From: the human T2T-CHM13v2.0 reference genome, Homo sapiens
Length of the DNA stretch: 64,000 nt
NCBI RefSeq assembly: GCF_009914755.1
Contig: NC_060925.1
Strand: one strand, 5' to 3'
Positions 30,710 through 46,123 of this stretch are shown one piece after another. The notes beneath the pieces are model-generated. The model was given only the letters and a program-made list of their open reading frames with translations. It was not told the origin of the DNA and did not search any database. Made by a program: the position numbers and the translations under genes. Position 1 is the first letter of the stretch. Each line of letters opens with the position of its first letter.

Positions 30710-30854
30710 ACCCATCTACGTCTCTACAGTCCGGCCGCAGTCAAAGCACATAGTAGTGATTCTGGACCACGGGGCTTCAGTCACAGACACTCAGCTTCAG
30801 ATTGCCAAGGACGCTGCTCAGGTCATCCTCAGCGCCATCGATGAACATGACAAG
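30710..30854 (+). CDS. CACHD1: CACHD1 exon (145 nt): RPIYVSTVRPQSKHIVVILDHGASVTDTQLQIAKDAAQVILSAIDEHDK, start of VWA domain
   Basis: Acceptor ctccag|A and donor AAG|gtgacc. Phases match both neighbours. VWA beta-strand followed by variant MIDAS DHGAS. Confidence 0.95.
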
Positions 30855-30936
30855 GTGACCATGACCCTTGTGACCCCTATGGCATCAGGTTCTCCTTGAA
30901 TGCCTTTTTTAAAGTACTTTATTGTTTTGTGATATA

Positions 30937-31356
30937 CAGATCCTCCTTGACTTACAATGGGGTTACATCCTGATAAATCCATCATAAGTTGAAAATGCAT
31001 TTAATACACCTGAGCTACATCACAGCTTGGGCTAGCCTACCTTAAACAGTCGGAACACCTAGGTTAGCCCTCAGTTATGGAAAATCATCTAACACAAAGC
31101 CTATTTTATAACATAATAAAGTGTTGGCTATCTCGTAGAATTTATTGAATACAGTACACTGCAGAATACTATATCAGCGGTTCTCCTTTATGATTGCATG
31201 GCTGACTGGGAGCTGCGGCTCGCTGCCATTGTCCAGCACCATGAGAAAGTATCAGGAGCCTGGGAAAAGATCCAAAATTGAAAGTACAGCTTCACTGCCT
31301 GCCTATCGCTTTCTCACCATCATAAAGTCAAACCATTGTATGTCAGGGACCATCTG
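30937..31356. mobile_element. Non-autonomous Tigger element (MER47/Tigger5-like)
   Basis: TA-flanked TIRs cagatcctccttgacttacaatgg and ccattgtatgtcagggaccatctg. Confidence 0.78.
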
Positions 31357-32154
31357 TATATTTTTTTAAATCCATCTTTAAAAGGACTTTGGGAAAAGAA
31401 AAGACTTTGGGAAAAGAGTATTATTCTAATATTTGAGGAAGCAGCCACAAATCCAAAAATCCCTTTCGTAACTACCACCAAGCTTAGTCTTATACTTCTT
31501 TATGGCTCATGGTAAGGTTTCTAATTAGCCATGACTTTCACACTGGAGGTTACGCTGAGGAGGAGAGGGGTGGGAGATTTGGATGCTGATGGATGGCTGA
31601 ACTTTATTGCAAGATTGTTGGGAAGTCAGGAAGAAGGGAAAGCCGCTAGTGGCTGACTAATCTCTGGGACACCTCAGAGAGAGGTGTGGGTACAGCTAAT
31701 GATAATCTATTGCCTGTGGACATTTTCTGCTTCATCATTTTGACTTTGCCAACTCCAGAGGTTTTGCTCACTAACCTAGTGGCTTAAAACACACACACCT
31801 CACTCTCTTACCCTCACCCCTCACCTCCAGGTTGAAAAACAGGATAGTTCATTCTTGCTATGACTTTTCTCTGCATAAAATAGTTTGTGTGTGTGTTTAA
31901 TGTTATGTATGAACATAATACTACCACTTCATGTTGGAACAAAAACCAAACTCTAGGGGTTTCCCCACTTTACCAATCCTTATGGATCCTTTTCAAATTT
32001 GATAGATGGATGGCTCCAGGGATTTATTTTGAAACTCTCAGAATCTGTTCTGTAGGCCTTCTTACTCCTTGGCCTCTTCTGTTACATAAATAAATAAATC
32101 TTTAGACGGTAGGATAACAAGTTTGGTGGTTTTTTTTTTTTTTCTTTCCTGCAG

Positions 32155-32371
32155 ATTTCTGTGTTAACTGTGGCAGATACCGTCCGGACTTGCTCACTAG
32201 ACCAGTGCTATAAGACCTTCTTGTCTCCAGCCACCAGTGAGACAAAAAGGAAAATGTCCACCTTTGTTAGCAGCGTGAAGTCTTCAGACAGTCCTACCCA
32301 GCACGCAGTGGGATTCCAAAAGGCATTTCAGCTGATTCGAAGTACAAACAATAACACAAAGTTCCAAGCAA
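32155..32371 (+). CDS. CACHD1: CACHD1 exon (217 nt): ISVLTVADTVRTCSLDQCYKTFLSPATSETKRKM...NNNTKFQA, VWA domain
   Basis: Poly-pyrimidine tract with ctgcag|ATT; donor CAA|gtgagt. Matches ORF 32161..32406. Confidence 0.95.
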
Positions 32372-32466
32372 GTGAGTGCGTTCTCTCAGAGGACTTAGAG
32401 GCATAATAGATAAAGATGGCAATAGGAATATATTGTAAATTGATCACACAATGATGTTTAGAGAGA

Positions 32467-34281
<1,815 letters not shown>

Positions 34282-34434
34282 CTATTGAGATAAATTTAAA
34301 GAATACATTTCCAAGCCCTTCATTGTGTCTGTGTTTAAACTAAGCACTGATTAATGCAAAGCATAGTGCCTAGCACATAATGGATCCTCAAAAGAAGGAA
34401 GCTACTGTAATTATAACTAATGATGGTACATGGT

Positions 34435-35082
34435 GTGTTAGTTTTATGTCTCAGCATAACAAATTACCACAAACTTAGCAGTTTAGCACAATATACATTT
34501 GTTATCTCACAGTTTTTGTGGGTCAGGAGTCCAAGTACAGCTTAGCTGAGTCCTCTGTTTAGGGTCTCACAGGCTACTGTCAGAGTGTCAGTGGGACTAC
34601 CGTTCATTCAGAGTCCTAAGGTTCATGCTAAGGTTTGTTCATGCTAAGGTTCATTCATGCTAAGGTTCAACAAACATGAGCTCACACGTTTGTTGGCAGA
34701 GTTCATTTCCTTGCAACTGTAAAACTCATTTCATTTACTTCTTCAAGGCCAATAGAAGAGCATCTCTTCAAATCCTTGGCTTCAGAGAAGGTTTGGGCCC
34801 TCTTTTAACAAGCTCATCTGATTAGATCAGCCCCACTTTCCCTTTTGATTTATTTAATCAGATTACTCTCGCTTGTGATTAACTCAATGTAAGTTTATCA
34901 GGGACCTCGGCAAACATCCATCCATCTTTGCAAGCACCATCACAGGAGTAATGGCTCATTACTTGCCATATTCTTCTTCTTAGAAGCAAGTTACAGGTTA
35001 TGTCCCGTATACAGGACATCCTGTATATTCAGCAGTATACAGGATGTTGCTCATTTAGATCATCTTAGAATTTGGCCTACCA
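34435..35082. mobile_element. MLT1-type MaLR solo LTR
   Basis: gcataacaaattaccacaaacttagcagttt...atctcacagtttttgtgggtcaggagtcc...cttagaatttggcctacca. Confidence 0.72.
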
Positions 35083-35585
35083 GCTTTGGCAAGCATCAGC
35101 TATCCACAAGCCAATATTATGGGGTGGCTGAGCGTAAAGTTGCCCTTGGTTCAGTAAGGTCAGTTAACAAGGCTGAATTCAAGTACTCAAGGCAGATTGG
35201 CCTGTTTGTCAATGCCACCCACCTGTCAGCATTCCTCACTAGAAGTGTTCTTTCTACCAAATTCTTCTGTCATCAGACCATCTTTAAAGTCTAGTTTTGA
35301 TTATTATACTTTTCAAATAATGGAGAGAAATGTTAGACTAGCAGTTGCAAACTCAGATGTCCACAGTGGCCAGGCAGCGCATTTGAGTCAAGTGAGCTGG
35401 GGGAAGGTAATGAGGATGAGTTGGAGAACATGGTCACATGGACACATGCACCATCCAGAGGGTAGCTGCTCCTCTGTTCAGTCCATTGAGCAAGAATGTC
35501 TGCCCAGTGCTGCCAGATCTTCTGTTTCAAGAGATGCCAGAAATCTGGATTTTCATGTGAAATCCCTTGATTTTCAAATGTTGAC

Positions 35586-35807
35586 ATTTGTTCCAGCTTT
35601 AAAACTGTGAATAGAGACCTCATTAAATCTCTTCTCACAGACATTCCTGCACTGCACATGAGCAGGAGGCTGGTTTGATGAGAGGCATTTCTCCTCTGGA
35701 TTTTTCTGTGTTGTTTTTCTTAATGTTGGCAAACAAAAACATGGCAAGAAGATTGACCATTAAAGACTTGGACAAATTTTGAAGGCACAGTTTTCTAAAT
35801 ACTCAGA
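35586..35807 (+). repeat. Local direct duplicate, copy 2 (paralog at 29757-29979)
   Basis: See copy 1. Confidence 0.93.
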
Positions 35808-37869
35808 GGAGCCCTTTTTAGCCCAAGTAAGATGTTTCTAAGGCTTAGCTCACTGGCCTCTAGTTTATAGCTTTTACTGACAGTTTAGAGAAAAAATAAC
35901 CTAGATTAGTTTGTATAAAGAAAAGACTTCAGGAATGAGCGTTGTCCAGTTTATTAAGGAGCAGTCCCAGGGTACTCTCAGGCAATATTGCCCAGGAGTT
36001 ATGCAGGTTATAGATTTCAACTAGTGTTCTACTCTGAAATTTTTCTAACCTTGTGGATTTGTCTACATTGTTTTATTTTCTCCAGACCTGGATTCCTCAC
36101 CTGTAAATGGAGGGGTGATAATATCCAGGATTCCATCATAAATATCCAATGCATATTTCTTGTGATTATTATGATATTCAGTTTCCTATAAGACTTCTAG
36201 CTCCAGCTAAACTAGATCAGATGCCCTAGATGTCCTAAGTTGACCTCAGGCCCAAAGATGGCCAAGGCCTAGGCAACAGTGTAGCAAGGGGTCTGTATAC
36301 ACTTCCTAGAAGTTTATTCTAGTGTAAACTCTATACATCACTATTTCTCTTCACTCTACAGACAATTATTTAATGTTTACTGTATATCTGGTGCTGTTTT
36401 AGGTGCCACATGTGAGGTTATTCAAATAATAAGACCTACTCTTGACGATTGTTGTAAGGGTTAGTCTGTACATGAAAGTAAAGTGTATGCCCACATTGGT
36501 AGCCATATAAAAATAAGCTACATGTCATAAATCATTGTTGGTTGACACTAATTTGCCTTATATCAACCAGAAGGTCTAAAACTTTTGTCCAATTCTGACC
36601 CTTTTTTCAGTCTTATGGTAGATCTTTAACTGACAGCATTAACATCCTGGAGTTGTTTCTTCTGAATTTGTTTTGGAGCTGATTAGTTGAGGATCATAAT
36701 GAACCTCAATTAAAGATGGTTAAGAGTGGAGATCTAATGGTATGGGCAAAGCCTAAATATGAGTCGCTCTTCCCCTTTTGATGTTGACCCCAAGACATGC
36801 CTGGTGGCTTATAGAGAGACTCAGCAAATGGAGAGCTATTACATTTTCTTCCAGTTACATGCTGCATCTCTGCTCTACCCCAAGTCCCTGTAATTGCTTG
36901 CCCCTAAAATTGCTCTAAGTGGGTGACTAAAAAGGGAATATCCCAATGCATTAAAAAAACAAATCAAACCAAATTTGACAGATCTGATAAGAATGGAAAA
37001 ATAACTCAATTTTTCTTGAGGATAAGGTGGGAATGGAGTCAGGGGTTGGACAGAGCCAGCGAGGATTCTTACAGAGTGTATGTCTTATTGTTGGAATGGA
37101 AAGAAAATGTGCTTGGCTACCAAAGCAGCTCAAGGGCTGCTAGCTTTCTGGCCTTCCAGACATGGACCTTTGCCCTAGAAACAGCTCTAAATGACAGTGT
37201 ATTTTATGCAGAATCATAAGGCTAAGTGAGACAACTTAGAGACTAGGGTTCTCTTTTAGGTCACCCTAGATGTGTCCAGGAATTTATCACACATATACTT
37301 TTGCCATGAGGAGATGGTTTGTGTCATACCATAGATCCTCCTCATGCTGTATCTATGTATATATGTTCCCTCCAACTAGGGACTCAAGCAATTTTTGTTT
37401 TTGTATTTTTCAGTCTGAAGTTTAAATGAACTGTTTAGGGTCCTTATAAAATAATTTACTGAACTGTATATACAACTGAAAAAATATTGACATCTGGTTT
37501 GTTGACATCTAATTTAAGACAAGAATATTCCTAAAGTGTGGATTTTCTTTTTGCATCAGCATTCACTTCCTAATCTCTGATAACTAAATAGTGAAATTTA
37601 AATGTGCAGTTAATGTTCACTAGAGAATGTTCAGGTATCAAAATTGGTATTAAGTATTAGGAGTAAATAAGAGGAATTTTGAATGCATTTATTTCTTAGA
37701 GTCAAATTTTGTTAAACTCAGTTCAGTTATCTATGACATTCATATATTATAAGTTAACTGTTAAATTCTGCCTAATAAAGAATACTTAAATCTAAAATGG
37801 AAATGTATAATTTGAAGGAAATTCAAGTTTTGTGTCTTCACCATTAGGATAATTTTTTAAAGGGTAGCT

Positions 37870-38380
37870 ATATTCATTAACTATTGCTGTGTAACAAATT
37901 ATTCCAACACTCTGTGGCTTAATACATCTTTATTGTCTCATAGTTTCTGTACTTCAGGAATCTGGACACAGCATAGCTGGGTGCCTCTGGCCCAACGAGT
38001 TTCTTGAGACGGCAGTCAGCCTATTGCCCAGAGCTTTTGTCATCTCAAAGTTCTACTGGGGAAATAGCTGCTTCCAAGCTCACTCACACTTTTGCTGGCA
38101 GGATCTTCAGTTCCAAGGGCCTCTGTTCCTTGCCTCTCCATAGGACTGCTTACAGCCTGCCAGCTGGCTTTCTTCAGAGTGAGAAAGCCCCCCTTGCAGA
38201 AGCCACAGTCTTTTTGTAACCTAGTCTTTGTCTTGATGTCCCATCACCTCTGCCGCATTCTAGTCATTATAAGTGACTCACTAAATCCAGCCACACTCAA
38301 GGGAGGCAACTACCCCAGGAGGTGAATGAATGTCAAGACATGGAATCACTAAGGGACCAAGTTTGAGGTTGCCTGCCGCA
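37870..38380. mobile_element. MLT1-type MaLR solo LTR
   Basis: ctattgctgtgtaacaaattattccaac...tctcatagtttctgtacttcaggaatctgg...gaggttgcctgccgca. Confidence 0.7.
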
Positions 38381-38464
38381 GTCACTTTAGAGCAACCTCA
38401 ACTAAAACACAATAACAGAAACCTGAAGAAGTAAGTGTATAACATATTATATAAATATTTCTCA

Positions 38465-38860
<396 letters not shown>

Positions 38861-39910
38861 GTTAAATCAAAGAATTACAGATTAGAAAGAAGATGTAAAA
38901 GTCCAGCTCTCTGACTTCCCTCTTTTTATTGTGGTCATTTAGCCTCTGCTTATTTATCTCTAATTGTAGGAAATTAATCACCTTTGTTTTTTTTTTAGTC
39001 AACCCACTTGACAGAAGTTCTACGGGACCAAAATTAACTCTCAGTTATTCTACCTCGCAGCCCTATTTGGAAAATAATTTCACTTCTAACTCAGGGGTGC
39101 TCCTTCAATCCAATGGCATGGTTTTTGTTTTCATTTTGTGTGTGTGTTGTAGTTTCTTTTTTTTCTCTTTTACCTTCTTTTTTTATCACCTTTTTGCTGA
39201 TAGTCTTTACGTAAAATAACCAATTATTCTTCACAGCAACACTACTAAGTCAGTCCTGTCATTACTCCCATTTTATAGACAAAGAAAATTAGTTGTAGAG
39301 AGGTTGAGAAATTTGCCTCAATTACCCAGACACAGCTTGTAAGTAGCAGAGCTGGGCTTTGCAGTTACCTGGCTTCTAAGTCCATGTTTCACTGCTCTAC
39401 TGATGAGATTTTTAAATGAAAATTACCTAAAGATATTTAATCTAGGAGCAAATAACATTATGTGCCTGAAGAGCCCGAAAGAGTCATCATTTTAAAGCCT
39501 GGTCCTCTAGAAACGAGCATTCATGGTGATGTTCCTGCATCACAGAGGAAAGGATAAGTCGCGTTCTGCATCATCTGTCTCAGAAGGCAGGAGAGATTTC
39601 CATTTGGATTGGCTTAAATTACTATAACCATTGGTGCCTAAAGGAAATCGCCTCCTTTCATCTGATAAATATATTAGGAACATCTCCTTACCTGATGCTG
39701 CATAAATGTGGCCTCATTGTCCAGAAAGGGTGGAATGGAAGAAAGGCAGAAGCAGGGGGATGAAAGCCACAGCATCAAATAGGAGGGACTAGGAACCGTG
39801 GGCTAGGCAAGTCCTCGAGGTGGGGAAGTCCAAGGACATGAACAGGAAACTGAACTGCTGCCTTTAGCTGGAATCCAAAGAGAGCATTCAATTGATGTGT
39901 TTTTGTTTAG

Positions 39911-40060
39911 ATACAGACATGGTCATCATTTACCTGTCAGCTGGCATTACATCAAAGGACTCTTCGGAAGAAGATAAAAAAGCGACTCTCCAAGTCATCA
40001 ATGAAGAAAATAGCTTTCTAAACAACTCTGTAATGATTCTCACCTATGCCCTCATGAACG
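39911..40060 (+). CDS. CACHD1: CACHD1 exon (150 nt): NTDMVIIYLSAGITSKDSSEEDKKATLQVINEENSFLNNSVMILTYALMN, VWA domain
   Basis: Acceptor ttgtttag|AT and donor ACG|gtaggt. Phase 1-1, open frame. Confidence 0.94.
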
Positions 40061-40853
40061 GTAGGTAGAGTTTCAAGATATTCCTTTCAGATCAAAGATC
40101 CCTCTAAGTGTATGCTGCTTTAAAAAGAAGAAAAAGAATCATAACAGTGTGCTTGGATGAAGGCTACGGGAAAAGGCAACCAGGCGGCTCTTTCTCTACC
40201 TGATGTTGGTATTTAGGGTGTGTAAGGAGGTTCCTTTCTCTTCATCTGTCTCTCCAGCGAACTGCTTGTTTCTAAACCTCTTCTCCACTTACGTGGTCTT
40301 GCAGAGGATTTTATACAGCGTCCCCCTGCCCCACCTTTTTTTTCAGTTCTCCTTCATATTCTAGGATTATCTAAGGTTTTAGCTTATCTCATTGGTTTAA
40401 GCTGCAGGAAGCCAAAGCACTGACCTAGATTCTTCTGCACAACCCAATCTGTGAATATCACATTTTCCTGCAGAATCACCACCTGAAGCCTCTTCTGCCA
40501 CTTTCTCCACCTCAGCTTCCTTAGCTGTAAAATGGAGATAAGCATTATCTACCTTGCAGTGTTGTTGTGAGGATTAGCCTTAATGTACAGTAAACAACTT
40601 ATTAAAATGGATTGTGCTGCTGTCGAATGACAGAATGTAAAAGGGTTTAGTAAATTGGTAAATTCAAGCTACTACTACATTTTTTCCCTTCTGCTATTCA
40701 ACCTGTCCGCTAGTCTGAGTGCAGCACAGTTTTCTAGCTGTATTGTATCTCTCCGCCTGTTAATACATTGCTTTTCTCCCATGACATCTTTAGGCCCATT
40801 GCCCTCAGTATTCAAAGTGGCCATCTTCTCTTGTGTTTAAGAGGCCGTGTCTT

Positions 40854-41171
<318 letters not shown>

Positions 41172-41642
41172 TCAAGCAGTCTTTCCCACCTACTATCTTT
41201 TGTTTCTCTTGTCAACTGTGAAATTTCCATGCAGAACCATGTGGTTCAGGGACAGTGGGCCTCATATTCTGATGTGCTAAGGGTTCCTTGGGGAATGGCT
41301 TTAAAATGCAGATTTCCAGGCATTGCTCTCAGATTCTTATTCAGATCCTCTTAGGAGGGGTTCAGGAATCTACTTTTTGGCCAGGGTGATTCTCTTCCAA
41401 ATGATTTCTAGACCACACTTGAGAGAACACAGGTTCTGATGTCTAGTGGTCCTTAGCTGCTGTCCACATTTGCTAGTCGTTTGGCTTATGGCAAGTTACT
41501 TAATCTCTTTAGACTGCAGTTTTAGCTGTGAAATGAAAAATAGTAAAATCTACTGCATAGGGTTGTTGTAATAATAAATAAGCAATATATGATTGTGTTT
41601 AAAGTTCTTAATGTAGTACCTGGTAAAGAAAGTGTCCTCAAA

Positions 41643-41933
<291 letters not shown>

Positions 41934-42884
41934 TCAAAGCCAGCATAAGGAGTTTATGAAAGCTTATATGGTTTCCTGTCTCAGACAGTATAGCTCAGAG
42001 GTGGAGCTCTGCCATCCAGGGCCAGATCTCTGTCCAGTCCTCTTTGTCCCCTGGCACTTTCTGCCTAATTCTGACAAGCATGTCTCCCATTATACTATAG
42101 TAAGGTGCTCACATACTGTCCTCTCTCTCTTCTCCCTCCACTTTCCACAAGAATGTGAACTTCTCAAGCATGAACTATGTCTTAGTTTTCTTTGCATTCT
42201 GAGCGCTTAGCACAGGACTGAAAGCAGCTGAAGTGGGTGAGGGTGCCTGGGCACGTGCCCATCAGTGTTATCTCTGACCACCTGTTGCTCTTTTCTCCTT
42301 TGTGTTGGATTCTTTCATTCATGAGAGGTAGGAAGGGTGGGAGAAAAGGAGGAAGGGAGGAAAATAAAATTTACTGACCACCTACCATGTACAACACAGG
42401 GTACTGAGGTTTCAGAGCTGTATTATACAAAGTTCCTGTCTGCAAGATGCTTATGACCCAGTGAGGAAGATAGGTAGACATGGAAGATGAATGAAATTCA
42501 ATAGTAGAGGAGTAAGGAGGCCCAAAAGGAAGGGATCACTTCTCTTCCATTAGATTTGAAGGTCTGCCTGGGCAGATACTTCTTTACTTCCTTGCTGTCA
42601 CCCATTCCTTCACTGGTCCTAAATTCTTCAACCAGAGTCTCTTACACACTTTCTGTTACAGTAATTCCGTACTTTAGAGTCTCTAGTTACTTCCATCTCA
42701 GCATCTTTTTCTCTTCTCTTTCTTCCTTTAATCTAACCAGACACACATCCTCACTGCCAGTTTTCTCTCTCTTTCTCAGAACCCTATTTCTAAGTGTAAT
42801 TCACTAGAGTAGACACAATTAACCTTACTTACAAATAGGGAAACAGATTGACTAAGAGAACTGGAATAAAGAATTTGTTGTCGG

Positions 42885-43580
42885 CTAAAAATTAAAACAC
42901 TTGGACCAGGCTCAGTGGCTTACGCCTGTAATCCCAGCACTTTGGGATGCCGAGGCAGGCGGATCACCTGAGGTCAGGAGTTCGAGACCAGCCTGACCAG
43001 CGTGGTGAAACCCCATCTCTACTAAAATACAGAAATTAGCCAAGTGTGGTGACCCATGCCTGTATTCCTAGCTATTCAGGAGGCTGAGGCACAAGAATCG
43101 CTTGATCCTGGGAGGCAGAGTTTGCAGTGAGCCAAGATGGCACCACTGCACTACAGCCTGGGCAATAGAGTGATACTCTGTCTCAAAAAATAAAATAAAT
43201 AAAACACTTGAACTACAGGAGATAAGAGACTGGAAAGGGTACCAGAGAAGTTGGGGGGATTGGGAATGGTTGATGGGTAATCATTGGTAATGGTTACATT
43301 CTATCTAACAAAAATATAGTTAGATAGAAGGAATAAGATCTAGTATTTGATAATATAACGGTGACTGTAGTCAATAGTAATTTATTATATATTTTAAAAT
43401 AACTAATACAGTGGAAGTTTGATGTTTCTAATAGTACAAAGAAATCATAAATGATTGGGGTGATTCATACCTCGATTACTCTGCTGTGATTATTACACAT
43501 TGCACAACTGTATCAAAACATCGCATGTACACCATAAATATATACACCTGCTATGTACCCATAAAAATTAAATTTAAAAA
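42885..43580 (+). mobile_element. L1MA-like 3' end with a nested AluS at 42904-43200
   Basis: L1MA 3'UTR (atagttagatagaaggaataagatctagtatttgata...tatgtacccataaaaattaa). Alu TSD taaaacacttg. Confidence 0.8.
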
Positions 43581-44535
43581 AGAGTTTATTGTCAGAATTA
43601 GAATGCACACAATTGTGGGAGAAACTGGGAGAAACTGTGGGAGAAAAAAAAATAAAAGACCCAAGATGGGGAGGTGACATCTCAGAAAGTTTAGTAACCA
43701 GGTTGGGGCCTGCTGGGAAGTCTAGAAGCTAGGAACATGGAAGATTACTTAGGAGACCTGGTGTAGAAGTCCATGGAAGGTTGTTGGCTTTTTGTGGCTG
43801 CCAGCCCCCGTGCATGCTCAGTGAAGCATCTGGAACATGGCTGGGGTTGCTATCAGTGAGCAGGTCAGCAGCTGGGAAAGGGAGCTGAACACAGAGAAGA
43901 GTAGGACAAACTGGAGCATTCTGGCCCCTCAGTGTCTGTCTCTGACCACTTCTTACTGTCCCCTAAATCTCGCAGTACAGCCCTCACTTTTTGCACCTTT
44001 AACCTGGTAGCATACAAGAAAAGAGGATCCTGGGAAATGTAGTTTCTAGCATGACCATGTTGATAATAGGCAACCCAGCGTACTTACCAATCAGCCACCC
44101 TACTGACCTTCCTGCCATCCCTACATAACATCTCATGATGGAGTAACACCTCATACTCAATCCTCCATAACCTTCCATCCCACGCTACTCTTCTTTGCCT
44201 AGTAGATATTGTTTTCTTTTATGTTTTGAGAGACTCAAGCAATACATGACAAAGAAGGGAAATTTAGTTATTGCTCGAGTTTTCTTCTTTTATTGTTTTA
44301 CTTCTGTGAGCTTCTCAAGGATATAAGGTCAGGTACCAATCGTGTCTTTGGTGTTAACTTTTACTCTGGAGTGTACCCCTCACTCCCCATCTCAGCTCTG
44401 TGCCGTGCAAAGGGAACAGTAATCTGATTCTGACTTAATTTGGCCCAGGTATTTTTTGCTTTCCTTTAGCATTGCATGAGTGGAGCAAAAGTCAAGTTTA
44501 TTTAAATATAATGTGTTTTAAGAAAGAAATGATTT

Positions 44536-44846
<311 letters not shown>

Positions 44847-45889
44847 TTAATATTTATTTTATTCTGCCATGATTTTAGAAGTGGACTTCCAGTGCTACAA
44901 GTATGTACACTCTCTATGTAGAAATGCTAAAGACATATGTGGTAGATGAACCATGAAAGCTTCAGATTCTTTTTAATGATTGAATAGTTCATGGTTTGGT
45001 ATTGAAATCTGCAAGAACATGAGACAAAACCTTTTAAAAAGGCAGTGGTAGAATCTCAGTAGTGACTGAAATCATTTTGAATTTGTTTACAACAGTCCCC
45101 ATATGCAATCAGTTTCTAATCCTTTTGACTATGTTCCAACAATAGCAAACTAAAAAAAAAAAAAAAAGTGTATTAAATTTACTTTTGTGCTATAAATTAC
45201 AGATGTTGTAGAATAATACATCCCAGTATGCCTAAATTTTGTACAAAGTTTTCAAAACCCTCTAAATGTAAAAAAATTTGTATTAAGTAAATCAAGTTCA
45301 GTATTATCCTAACAATATCAAGCATGAATATGTTTATAATTAAAATGAGCTTAAAGAAACAGGGTTTGGAGGCATCAGTAAATGCAATCCATAATTCTTT
45401 CATTTAGTTGCATGGCAGCTAGACTTTGGCAAGTGGTTTTATAGGTGAAGAAGTAAGGAATGAAAGGATCACCCTCTGTTCTTTAAAACTCTTACAGTTT
45501 CATCTACTACATTAAATTAAATGCAGACGTGTTGATTATTACTTTTGCTTTTAAATATTAAATGCAGAAAATGAATTTTCATTTTATAATTAACTTTTGG
45601 GGAGAACACATTCTTACTGAATGGGACTCCTTTATTTGCTCATTTGTTTTTCATTATCGCCCTGTGAAGAGTCCCTTTCCCCTCTTGACTATTTCAGGAA
45701 AGACTATGCCTCAGGCTTTGTTTCCTCAGCAGGAACTGGTATTTGTGTCCAGAGTCCATGTGGTCTCTGCAAAAACCCCTTTGGTATTACAAGACCTCAT
45801 CCATGCCCGTATTTGATCTAAATGGCAAGAGGTTGAATGGATATAAACCATTTTGCTTTCCGTGGTCTTCTCTCGGCTTTCCATTTTAG

Positions 45890-46123
45890 ATGGGGTGACT
45901 GGTTTGAAAGAGCTGGCTTTTCTGAGGGATCTAGCTGAACAGAATTCAGGGAAGTACGGTGTGCCAGACCGGACGGCCTTGCCTGTGATTAAGGGCAGCA
46001 TGATGGTGCTGAATCAGTTGAGCAACCTGGAGACCACAGTGGGCAGGTTCTACACAAACCTTCCCAACCGGATGATTGATGAAGCCGTCTTCAGCCTGCC
46101 CTTCTCTGATGAGATGGGAGATG
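45890..46123 (+). CDS. CACHD1: CACHD1 exon (234 nt): DGVTGLKELAFLRDLAEQNSGKYGVPDRTALPVIKGSMMVLNQLSNLETTVGRFYTNLPNRMIDEAVFSLPFSDEMGD
   Basis: Acceptor ccattttag|AT and donor ATG|gtgagt. Matches ORF 45853..46137. Confidence 0.95.

Noticed and set aside
35197-35659. 137-aa and 108-aa overlapping ORFs
   Set aside because: No recognisable domain, no splice context, and composition consistent with chance intronic ORFs.
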